Source: Polyangiaceae bacterium (GTDB lineage: Bacteria; Myxococcota_A; Polyangia; Polyangiales; Polyangiaceae). Taken from it: DNA of 64,000 nt. Every line of letters starts with the position of its first letter. Positions within the stretch are counted from its first letter, which is position 1. The notes below the pieces were generated by a model. It had not been told where the DNA came from and ran no database searches. It saw only the letters and a list, made by a program, of their open reading frames with translations. This document shows, piece by piece, positions 54,165-61,978 of the stretch. The position numbers were made by a program, and so were the translations under genes. Location: the NCBI GenBank assembly GCA_036272055.1, contig DATAZL010000054.1:33219-97218 (forward strand). Reading direction: 5' to 3'.

Positions 54165-54605
54165 ATGACCGTCGTCGGTCGGATCGCGTTGCTCGCGGGC
54201 GTCCTCGGGCTCACCGGTTGCAGCACCGATGCGCCGAGCACGGAGCGGTCCGATGCGGGCGATGCCGGTGCGTCCGTGACGGTCGCACCGACGCCCGACG
54301 GCTCGCTCGGCGCCGGCGTCGAAGACTGGCGCTGCACCACCACGACGGAGACGGCGGACTCTGGTCCCGGGTCCGTCATCTGCAGCTGCAACAAGTTCGT
54401 CGTTCCCGTCGACACGACGGGGGCGGCGGCCGCATGCGCCGATCAGCCGTGCTGCATCTCGGATGGGCCCGACGCCTGTGACTGCTTCTCTGCGTCGTAT
54501 CCAGAGGCCATGGACTGCGACGGGCTCGTGGCGCAGACCAACGCCCTCGAGACCGCACAGAGCTTGCCGCCGCAGGCAAAGCGCGTCGATCAGTGCCCGC
54601 CCTGA
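54165..54605 (+). CDS. Hypothetical Cys-containing lipoprotein
   Basis: 146-aa ORF with lipobox LTGC, 8 nt downstream of the previous gene. Confidence 0.65.
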   Translation: MTVVGRIALLAGVLGLTGCSTDAPSTERSDAGDAGASVTVAPTPDGSLGAGVEDWRCTTTTETADSGPGSVICSCNKFVVPVDTTGAAAACADQPCCISDGPDACDCFSASYPEAMDCDGLVAQTNALETAQSLPPQAKRVDQCPP

Positions 54606-54630
54606 CGGCGTCGGCCGGCGGGATCGGACG

Positions 54631-55845
54631 TCACTCGTTCGAGCCGGCGAGGGCGATGCGTAGAGCGCCGTATCCGTAGCGTTCACGGATGCCGTCGACG
54701 GCGCGATGCAGCGGCTCACCCGTGTCGAAGAGCGCGAGCTGCTCGTCCGAGCGCCGTAGATTGGAGAGGCAGATGCCGAGCAGGCGGATCGCCGTGCGGC
54801 GCGTACGAGCCCGGTCGTAGATGTCGCGGACCACGGGGTAGAGCTCGAGCTCCGAGCAGGTGGCGGTGATGGTGCGCGAACGCTGGAGCGTCTCGAAATC
54901 GGCGTAGCGCAGCTTCAGCGAGACGGTGCGCGCCTTGACCCCTCGCTTGCGCGCGCGCCAGCACACGCGCTCGCAGAGCGAGCAGAGCATCGACTCGATG
55001 CACGCTGGATCGCGCACGTCCTCGCGGAACGTGCGCTCGTTCGAGATGGTGCCGCCGGAGCTCCCCGACGGATCGTATTCGAGAAACGCCGGGCGCTCGG
55101 GCCCGAGCTCGTGCGCGCCTTGACCGCGACACGCGCGCTGTATGGGCTCTGCCCAGGCGCCGAAGATCTTCCGCAGGCGCGGGAGCGGCGCGGCCACGAG
55201 CTCGGCGAGGGTGACGAGGCCGGCGGCGTTGAGCTTCTGCTCCGCGACAGGGCCGATCCCCGGAAATTTCCGGACCGGGAGCGGCCCAAGGACGGCGAGC
55301 TCGTTGCCCGCGCGCACCATCAGCACGCCGCGCGGCTTGGCGAGCCCGCTCGCGACCTTGGCGACAGAACGACTCGTCGCGATGCCGCAGCTCGCCGGCA
55401 GCCCGACCTGCGCTTTGATCTCATCGGTCAGCTTCCGCACCACCCGCTCGATGGTGAAATCCGGATCGCGATCGCCTTCTGCGAAGTAGAGGCCCTCGCA
55501 CCCCGAGAAATCGAGGAACATCTCGTCGATGCTCGCGACCTGGGACACCGGAGTGTAGTTCTCGGCGATGGCGCGCACTCGCGCCGAGTAGTCCCCGTAC
55601 ACGCCGTGCCGCGTCGGCAGGTATATGGCGTGGGGCGCGAGCGCGACCGCCTGGGTCAGCGACATACCCGAACGCACGCCGAGGGCGCGCACCTCGTAGC
55701 TCGCAGCGGTGACCACGCCGCGCTGGCCGGGTAGCCCTCCGACGATGACCGGCTTCCCCTCGAGCCGCGGATCGAGGAGCCGCTCGACCGACACGAAGAA
55801 GGTGTCGAGATCGAGGCAGCAGATCCGCGGAGCTGCGAGGGCCAT
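54631..55845 (-). CDS. dinB: DNA polymerase IV (Y-family)
   Basis: 404-aa ORF: CLDLDTFFVSVERLLDPRLEGKPVIVGG...SIDEMFLD. Confidence 0.9.
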   Translation of the reverse strand: MALAAPRICCLDLDTFFVSVERLLDPRLEGKPVIVGGLPGQRGVVTAASYEVRALGVRSGMSLTQAVALAPHAIYLPTRHGVYGDYSARVRAIAENYTPVSQVASIDEMFLDFSGCEGLYFAEGDRDPDFTIERVVRKLTDEIKAQVGLPASCGIATSRSVAKVASGLAKPRGVLMVRAGNELAVLGPLPVRKFPGIGPVAEQKLNAAGLVTLAELVAAPLPRLRKIFGAWAEPIQRACRGQGAHELGPERPAFLEYDPSGSSGGTISNERTFREDVRDPACIESMLCSLCERVCWRARKRGVKARTVSLKLRYADFETLQRSRTITATCSELELYPVVRDIYDRARTRRTAIRLLGICLSNLRRSDEQLALFDTGEPLHRAVDGIRERYGYGALRIALAGSNE

Positions 55846-55867
55846 GACTACGCACCGTCACCATATA

Positions 55868-55884
55868 CTGAACCGATGTTCCGG
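55868..55884 (-). promoter_or_regulatory. Candidate LexA (SOS) box upstream of dinB
   Basis: The plus strand CTGAACCGATGTTCCGG contains the GAAC-N4-GTTC core. Read on the minus strand (CCGGAACATCGGTTCAG) it matches most positions of the Myxococcus-type box CTRHAMRYBYGTTCAGS. It lies 23-39 nt upstream of the dinB ATG. Confidence 0.5.
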
Positions 55885-55926
55885 TAAAGGCACGCCTTCA
55901 TCCGCGGGTTTGCCGTCCACCGCCCC

Positions 55927-56784
55927 GTGAACGAGGCTCCGGGCATGAACAAGCCCGAGCTCCTCCGCGCCATCCAGCTCTTCGAGGGTCTCGCGGAGAG
56001 CGACCTCCACGTTCTCGCGGATGCGCTCGGCGAGCGAAGCGCCCGCGCGGGGGAGATGATCTTCCACCAGGGGGACGCCGCGACGACGATGTTCATCATC
56101 GCGGAGGGGCACGTGAACATCCATCTCCCGGGCGAGCACTCGCGACGGATCTCGCTCAAGGACATCACGCGGGGAGAGTACTTCGGCGAGCTCTCGCTCT
56201 TCGACGACATGCCCCGGTCGGCGAGCGCCGTCGCGACGACCGACGTCGTGCTCCTCGAGCTGAGTGCCGCGACACTTTCGTCCTATCTCGAGACCCGTCC
56301 AGGCGCGGCGATGGCGATCCTGCGCGTCATGACGCAGCGTCTCCGCGCGACGAACACGCTCCTGTCCGAGCGCGCGGCGAAGAACGTCGTCGAGGAGATG
56401 GACAAGGCACTGACGTGGAGGGACAGGCTCGCGGACCGCGTCGCGGAGCTCAACGGGAGCTGGACGTTCATCGTCGCGCTCCTGGCGCTGACGTTCCTCT
56501 GGGCGGCGCTCAACCTGGATCTGTCGAAGCCCTTCGACGCCTATCCGTTCGTCTTTTACAACCTGCTCCTCGCCGTGCTCGTCGCGCTCCAGGGCCCGCT
56601 CATCGTCATGAGCCAGAACCGGCAGACCATGAAGGACCGTGCGCAGTCGGAGACCGACTTCCAGGTCAACCTGAAGAACGAGACGAACATCGAGGTGATC
56701 CTGAGGGAGCTCGGCGAGTTCCGTGCGGAGGTCATGAACCGGCTCGAAAAGCTCGAAGCCCCCGGTGAAGCCGCGCCGCGCTGA
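55927..56784 (+). CDS. Cyclic-nucleotide-binding domain fused to a DUF1003 membrane domain
   Basis: 285-aa ORF. cNMP domain: LFEGLAESDLHVLA...GEMIFHQGDAATTMFIIAEG...GEYFGELSLFD..PRSASA. DUF1003 part: GSWTFIVALLALTFLW...YNLLLAVLVALQGPLIVMSQNRQ. Confidence 0.85.
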   Translation: MNEAPGMNKPELLRAIQLFEGLAESDLHVLADALGERSARAGEMIFHQGDAATTMFIIAEGHVNIHLPGEHSRRISLKDITRGEYFGELSLFDDMPRSASAVATTDVVLLELSAATLSSYLETRPGAAMAILRVMTQRLRATNTLLSERAAKNVVEEMDKALTWRDRLADRVAELNGSWTFIVALLALTFLWAALNLDLSKPFDAYPFVFYNLLLAVLVALQGPLIVMSQNRQTMKDRAQSETDFQVNLKNETNIEVILRELGEFRAEVMNRLEKLEAPGEAAPR

Positions 56785-56790
56785 GCTACG

Positions 56791-57978
56791 ATGGCGCCCA
56801 TGAAAGACATTGCCGTCGTCTCCTACTGCCGGACCGGCATCGCCCGCGCACAGCGTGGGGCGTTGAATCAGACCCACGGAATCCCGATGGCGTCCCACGT
56901 GCTCGAGCACGCGGTGAAGCGCGCCGGCATCGAACCCGGTGAGGTCGAGGACGTGGTGCTGGGGTGCGGGCTGCCGGAGGGCGCCACCGGGCACAACATC
57001 GCGCGAAACGCCGCGATCGCTGCGCGCTTCCCGATGGAAGTGCCGGGGATGACGATCAACCGGTACTGCGGGTCCGGGATCAGCGCGGTCTCCATCGCCG
57101 CGAACCGCATCGCGGCCGGCGAAGCGAGCATCATCGTCGCCGGCGGCGTCGAGAGCATCTCGCTCGTGCAGTTCAACCTGAACCTGAATCACTTCTTCTA
57201 CGAGCCGCTCCGCGAACGCGTCCCCGGCGTCTGGTGGACGATGATCCAGACCGCGGACCTCGTGTCGAAGAAGTACGGGATCAGCCGCGAGGCACAGGAC
57301 GAGTATTCGTTCATGAGCCAGAAGCGGGTCGCGGCAGCGGCCGCCGCCGGCAAGTTCGCCGAGGAGATCGTGCCCTTCGACACGGTGATGTCCGTCACCG
57401 ACAAGGCCACTGGTCAGACATCGGAGAAGAAGGTCGTGCTCGACCGGGACGAGGGCCCCCGCGCCGACACCACGGTAGAGAAGCTCGCGGCGCTCAAGCC
57501 GGTGAACCCCGGCGGGTTCATCACGGCGGGGAACGCCTCTCAGCTCTCCGACGGCGCCGCCGCCGTCGTGCTCATGGACGCGGACCTGGCGTCGAAGCGC
57601 GGCCTGCCGATCCTCGGTCTTTTTCGCGGCATGCAGCTCGCAGCCGTCGAGCCCGAAGAGATGAGCATCGCCATCACGCCCGCGATCGAGCGGCTCATGA
57701 AGCACCACGCGATCGCAAAGTCGTCGGTGGATCTCTGGGAGCTTCACGAGGCGTTCGCCGTCACGACGCTCTACAACCAGAAGAAGCTCGACACGCCGTG
57801 GGACATCACCAACGTGAACGGCGGCGCCGTTCCGCTCGGCCATCCCTACGGGATGTCGGGGATCCGCTATGTCGGCAGCACGCTGCTCGAGCTCGGGCGT
57901 CGCAAGGCCAAGCGCGCCGTCATCGCGGTATGTACGGCAGGGGGCATGTCCACCGCGGCATTCCTCGAACGCCCCTGA
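56791..57978 (+). CDS. Acetyl-CoA C-acyltransferase (thiolase)
   Basis: 395-aa ORF with the active-site Cys region NRYCGSGISAV, NGGAVPLGHPYGMSG and CTAGGMSTA. Confidence 0.9.
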   Translation: MAPMKDIAVVSYCRTGIARAQRGALNQTHGIPMASHVLEHAVKRAGIEPGEVEDVVLGCGLPEGATGHNIARNAAIAARFPMEVPGMTINRYCGSGISAVSIAANRIAAGEASIIVAGGVESISLVQFNLNLNHFFYEPLRERVPGVWWTMIQTADLVSKKYGISREAQDEYSFMSQKRVAAAAAAGKFAEEIVPFDTVMSVTDKATGQTSEKKVVLDRDEGPRADTTVEKLAALKPVNPGGFITAGNASQLSDGAAAVVLMDADLASKRGLPILGLFRGMQLAAVEPEEMSIAITPAIERLMKHHAIAKSSVDLWELHEAFAVTTLYNQKKLDTPWDITNVNGGAVPLGHPYGMSGIRYVGSTLLELGRRKAKRAVIAVCTAGGMSTAAFLERP

Positions 57979-57981
57979 CGC

Positions 57982-58012
57982 CTGCCGCTGCGCCCCTGGC
58001 GCTTCAGGGCAG
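57982..58012 (+). terminator. Imperfect hairpin after the thiolase stop
   Basis: CTGCC-GCT-GCGCC-CCT-GGCGC-TTCAG-GGCAG. No U-tract. Confidence 0.3.
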
Positions 58013-58194
58013 AACGCTGGCCGCGACAGGTCATAGCGTTCGCGGACAATCTTTCTTCGAGTACCCGCACGCGGCGCTTGAGCTCCGATGACAGCTGTTC
58101 AGCCGCGTAGGCTCGAGTTACTCGAATGGTTCCTTCGATCGCCATCCCGCGCGCGGCGCGACGCGCGCTCACCGTGTAGCAAGGGGTCCATCTC

Positions 58195-59007
58195 ATGAAC
58201 GTGAAGCTTCCAGTCGTGTTGCTCATTCTGTCGATCGGCGCAGCGGGCGTCGTGGGTGCGTGCGGCGGGAGCAGCGAGAGCGATGGCAGCGCGAACTGCG
58301 GCAACGGCAAGCTCGACGACGGGGAAGAGTGCGACGCCGACCAGGTCGGCAGCGCGACGTGTTCCAGCGTGACGATGGGCTCGTCGACGTCCGGCACCCT
58401 CGGCTGCGATTCGATGTGCAAGTTCGATACGACGGCGTGCACGTCGTCCGGCTCGGGCAGCGGCGGAGCGGGAGCCGGCACCGGCACCGGCTCTGGAACC
58501 GGCGGTCTCGGCGCTGGCACTGGCGGCGGTCCGGCGGGCTCTCAGGGCGGACTGCCTGGCTTTCCCGGGTTCGGCCAGGGCGGCCTCCCGGGCTTCGGCC
58601 AGGGCGGCTTTCCTGGGTTCGGCCAGGGCGGCCTCCCGGGCTTCGGCCAGGGCGGCTTTCCTGGATTCCCGGGTTTCGGCGGACGTAACCAGGGCGGCAT
58701 CGGACAGGGCGGCCTGGGGCAAGGCGGCTTCGGACGTGGCGGTCGCAACAACGGCGGCGCGGCCGGTGCAGCCGGTGGCACGGCGGGCAGCGCCGGAGTG
58801 GCGGGCAGCGCGGGCGCGAGTGGCGGCACTGCCGGCGCAGCGGGTAGCGCCGGTGCGGCAGGCGCGAGTGGCGGCACTGCCGGTGCGGCAGGCGCAACGG
58901 GCGGCACTGCCGGTGCGGCAGGCGCAACGGGCGGTACTGCCGGCGCAGCGGGCGCAACGGGCGGTACTGCCGGTGCAGCGGGCGCAAGCGGCGGTGGCGG
59001 CGCCTAG
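58195..59007 (+). CDS. Secreted lipoprotein: Myxococcus-type Cys-rich repeat followed by two Gly-rich tandem-repeat blocks
   Basis: Lipobox VVGAC. Cys-rich repeat: CGNGKLDDGEECDADQVGSATCSSV...LGCDSMCKFDTTAC. This is followed by (GGLPGFGQGGFPGFGQ)n and (AGATGGTAGA)n. Confidence 0.75.
   Translation: MNVKLPVVLLILSIGAAGVVGACGGSSESDGSANCGNGKLDDGEECDADQVGSATCSSVTMGSSTSGTLGCDSMCKFDTTACTSSGSGSGGAGAGTGTGSGTGGLGAGTGGGPAGSQGGLPGFPGFGQGGLPGFGQGGFPGFGQGGLPGFGQGGFPGFPGFGGRNQGGIGQGGLGQGGFGRGGRNNGGAAGAAGGTAGSAGVAGSAGASGGTAGAAGSAGAAGASGGTAGAAGATGGTAGAAGATGGTAGAAGATGGTAGAAGASGGGGA
58571..58666. repeat. 24/48-bp in-frame tandem repeat (GFGQGGLP/GFGQGGFP)
   Basis: ttcggccagggcggcctcccgggc / ttcggccagggcggctttcctggg, repeated twice. 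Confidence 0.85.
58813..58994. repeat. 30-bp in-frame tandem repeat, about 5-6 copies (GA[ST]GGTAGAA)
   Basis: ggcgcaacgggcggcactgccggtgcggca iterated with point differences. Confidence 0.85.
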
Positions 59008-59030
59008 CGTCGTTCCGCGCTCAGCGCCGG

Positions 59031-60437
59031 TTAACCGAAATCCGGCTTCGCGAAGGGCAGTGTGTCGTCGTGGAGCGCGGCTGCCACGGCGCGGATATCG
59101 ACGTCCATCGGGCGATCGCGGCTGACGAAGGGGATACGCGCGCGCACCGCGGCGTGGACCTTCGCGATGCGGCTCTCGGGTCGCGGTCCACCACGGAGAT
59201 CGATTGCCTGACAGAGCGCGAGCAGATGGATCGCCGCGACGCTCTCGGTAAGCTCGAGGATCCGCCGGAGCTCGCGCGCGGCGATCGTCCCCATGCTCAC
59301 CTTGTCTTGATTGTGGCTCTCGGTGCTGCGTGAAAAGACGCTGGCCGGCATGGTCAGCTTCAGCGCCTCGGCGGTCAGTGCGGAGGCCGTGATCTGCATC
59401 GCCTTGAAGCCGTGGTGCGCGGTCGCCCCGCGCACGTCGCCCTGCACGAGATCGCGGGGGAGACCGTTGCTCGTCACCGGGTTGCAGAGCAGCGCGAGCT
59501 GCCGGTCGAGGAGGTCCGCGATGTTCGCGACGCCGGTCTTGAGCATCTCCGCCGCCTGCGCGACGTGACCGCCGTAGAAATTTCCGGAGCGAAGTACGTC
59601 GCCCGTCTCGAGATCGAGGATCGGGTTGTCGTTCACGCTGTTCAGCTCGACCTCGAGGAACTGACGCGAGACAGGCAGCACGTCGGCGAGGACTCCGATG
59701 ACGTGCGGCGCACAGCGGAGCGAGTAACGATCCTGGAGTCGCGTGTCCTCTCCGCGCTCTGGCCTCGGCGAGAGCTCGTCCAGGATCCAGCGGGCCACGG
59801 CGCGCTGCCCGGGGTGCGGCTTCACCGCGAAGATCCGGTCGTCGTACTGCCCGGGATCGCCTTCCAGCGCCTCCACGGCCATTGCCGTGAGCGTCGCCGA
59901 TACTCGCGCGAGACGCCGGGAGCGCAGGAAACCGAGAGCGGCAATGCCGCTCATGACGCTCGTGCCGTTCATGAGCGCCAGCGCTTCCCGCGGCTCGAGC
60001 GTCAGCGGCGAGAGACCCGCGCCCTCGAGGGCATTCATCGCCTTCACCGGGACGCCGCGAACGATGGCGTCGCCTTCGCCGGAGAGGACGCTTGCGACGT
60101 AGGAGAGCGGCGTGAGATCGCCGCTCGCGCCGACCGAGCCCTCCTCGGGGATGCATGGCGCGATGCCGTGATTCAGGAGACCGATCAGCGTCTCGAGCAC
60201 GACGGGCCGCACGGCGGAGTGACCGCGGGCGAGCGAGCCGAGGCGCGACACGATGACCGCCCGCGTCTCCGCGACGTCGAGGAGACGCCCGGTGCCGCAC
60301 CCGTGATAGCGGAGCAGGTTCTGCGCGAGCGCAGCCGCGTCGTCGAACGGCACGACGTTGACGCAGGCGTCCCCGAACCCGGTCGTCACGCCGTAGATGC
60401 GCTCGCCGCGCTCGATGGCCTCGTGCAGCAGATGCAC
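59031..60437 (-). CDS. MIO-dependent aromatic/histidine ammonia-lyase family enzyme; the true N-terminus probably lies upstream (to about 60566) without a canonical start
   Basis: YGVTTGFG, the MIO motif GSVGASGDLTPLSY and NGTS. The reading frame stays open and HAL-like (VTVGAHPLTIEGLADIALRGATVRLD) for 46 codons upstream of the GTG at 60437, up to an in-frame TAG at 60576-60578. Confidence 0.85.
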   Translation of the reverse strand: MHLLHEAIERGERIYGVTTGFGDACVNVVPFDDAAALAQNLLRYHGCGTGRLLDVAETRAVIVSRLGSLARGHSAVRPVVLETLIGLLNHGIAPCIPEEGSVGASGDLTPLSYVASVLSGEGDAIVRGVPVKAMNALEGAGLSPLTLEPREALALMNGTSVMSGIAALGFLRSRRLARVSATLTAMAVEALEGDPGQYDDRIFAVKPHPGQRAVARWILDELSPRPERGEDTRLQDRYSLRCAPHVIGVLADVLPVSRQFLEVELNSVNDNPILDLETGDVLRSGNFYGGHVAQAAEMLKTGVANIADLLDRQLALLCNPVTSNGLPRDLVQGDVRGATAHHGFKAMQITASALTAEALKLTMPASVFSRSTESHNQDKVSMGTIAARELRRILELTESVAAIHLLALCQAIDLRGGPRPESRIAKVHAAVRARIPFVSRDRPMDVDIRAVAAALHDDTLPFAKPDFG

Positions 60438-60666
60438 GCCGCGCTCGAGCCGCGCGCGATACCCGGCGGTGCCGTCGAGCCGGACCGTCGCGCCGCGGAG
60501 CGCGATGTCGGCGAGGCCTTCGATCGTTAAGGGATGGGCGCCTACGGTGACGGAATGAGTGGAAATGGCCGTGCTCTACGGCGGCGTCTTCCCAGGTTTC
60601 CCCCCGGCCTTCAAGGGTCGGAGCGTCAATGAGCCGTAGAGGGTGTCCCCGGCCGGGAAATCCCGG

Positions 60667-61887
60667 TCACTTCGAGGACGGCAATGACCCTTCGACGCCT
60701 TTCACGTAGAAATTGATGCCGTGAAGGAACTTGTCGTCGGCAATCTCTCCATCTTTGAGTAGCGGCTTGCCGGCCTGATCCATGAGCGGGCCCTTCCAGA
60801 TCGCGAAGGAGCCGCTCTTCAGGCCGGAACGAACCTCGTCGAGCTTCTTCTTGGTGTCGGCCGGCACCTTGTCGGACACCGAGACGATGTCGATGGCGCC
60901 TTCCTTGACGCCCCACCACACCGACCCGGTCGTCCACGTGCCGCCCATCGCGTCGCTCACGGCCTTCTTGTAGTAGGGCGACCAGTCGATCGCCGCCGAG
61001 GCGAGGTGCGCGTTGGGACCGAATTTGCTCATGTCGGAGTCCCAGCCGAAGCCGAACTTGCCGTTCTTCTCGGCGGTCTGAAGCACGGCGGACGAGTCGG
61101 TGTTCTGCATGAGCACGTCGGCGCCTCCGTTGATGAGCGCCTGCGCGCCTTCGCCCTCCTTCGGAGGGTCGAACCACTTGTTCACCCAGACGACCTTGGT
61201 CTTCACCTTGGGGTTCACGCTCTGGGCGCCGAGGGTGAACGAGTCGATGTTCCGGATGACCTCGGGGATCGGGATCGAGGCGACGACGCCGAGGGTGTTC
61301 GACTTCGTGACGCCGCCTGCGAGCACACCGAGCATGTACGCGCCCTCGTAGGTGCGCGAGTCGTAGGTGCGGAGATTTTCGGAGGTCTTGTAGCCGGTCG
61401 CGTGCTCGAAGTGCACGTCCTTGAAGTCCTTCGCGACCTTGAGCATCGACTCCATGTATCCGAAGGTCGTGCCGAAGATGAGCTTGTTGCCCTGCGACGC
61501 CATGTCGCGGAGGACGCGCTCGGCGTCCGCCGCCTCGGGCACGTTCTCGACGAAGGTCGTCGCGACCTTGTCGCCGAACGACTCCTGCATGATCTTCCTC
61601 GCCTTGTCGTGCGCGAAGGTCCAGCCTGCGTCGCCGACCGGGCCGACGTACGCGAACGCGACCTTGAACGGACCCGGTGCGGGCGCAGCCGACGCAGACG
61701 CGACAGGGCTCGCTGCGGTTCCTGTGGCCTCCGGCTTCGGCTCTTCTTTCTTGTCGCAACCCGTGAGGGTCGCCATGGCCACGCTACCGACGGCGAGCCA
61801 GCGGGCGGCGCGCACCTTGAGTGACGGAGCGTGCGAAACTCGGGAAGAAGCGGACGACGGGCGAGGGGACGGATGCGACCAGCTCAT
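60667..61887 (-). CDS. BMP-family (PnrA/Med-like) ABC-transporter substrate-binding lipoprotein
   Basis: ATG at 61887 and lipobox TLTGC. FKVAFAYVGPVGDAGWTFAHDKARKIM...KLIFGTTFGYM are typical of BMP lipoproteins. Confidence 0.85.
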   Translation of the reverse strand: MSWSHPSPRPSSASSRVSHAPSLKVRAARWLAVGSVAMATLTGCDKKEEPKPEATGTAASPVASASAAPAPGPFKVAFAYVGPVGDAGWTFAHDKARKIMQESFGDKVATTFVENVPEAADAERVLRDMASQGNKLIFGTTFGYMESMLKVAKDFKDVHFEHATGYKTSENLRTYDSRTYEGAYMLGVLAGGVTKSNTLGVVASIPIPEVIRNIDSFTLGAQSVNPKVKTKVVWVNKWFDPPKEGEGAQALINGGADVLMQNTDSSAVLQTAEKNGKFGFGWDSDMSKFGPNAHLASAAIDWSPYYKKAVSDAMGGTWTTGSVWWGVKEGAIDIVSVSDKVPADTKKKLDEVRSGLKSGSFAIWKGPLMDQAGKPLLKDGEIADDKFLHGINFYVKGVEGSLPSSK

Positions 61888-61978
61888 GCATCTTCGCGTG
61901 CCACGCGCCCGGTTTCCGGCGTGTGACACGAATACGCCGAACGCAGCTTCGTGCGGGGTAGCCGGTCGATTTTTCGTG

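Noticed and set aside
55858-57843. 661-aa minus-strand ORF
   Set aside because: It is antisense to the cNMP/DUF1003 gene and the thiolase gene, both with clear family motifs. It has no motifs of its own and is rich in Arg, Val, Glu and Asp.
58813-58994. Possible CRISPR array (regular 30-bp repeats); also 32806-32910
   Set aside because: The repeats are contiguous with no spacers, lie in frame inside a CDS and encode Gly-rich peptide repeats. There are no cas genes in the window.
58099-60300. 733-aa minus-strand ORF and other long Arg-rich ORFs in 58223-60530
   Set aside because: These are out-of-frame shadows of the Gly-repeat protein and the ammonia-lyase. Their composition is extremely Arg/Ala-rich.
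56791-60578. Thiolase + ammonia-lyase as part of a secondary-metabolite cluster
   Set aside because: The window has no PKS, NRPS, CoA-ligase or tailoring genes. The genes are on opposite strands and separated by a structural Gly-rich protein.
61888-61978. Purine riboswitch upstream of the BMP lipoprotein gene
   Set aside because: I could find no resemblance to the conserved purine-riboswitch junction/loop sequences. Only a simple inverted repeat is present.
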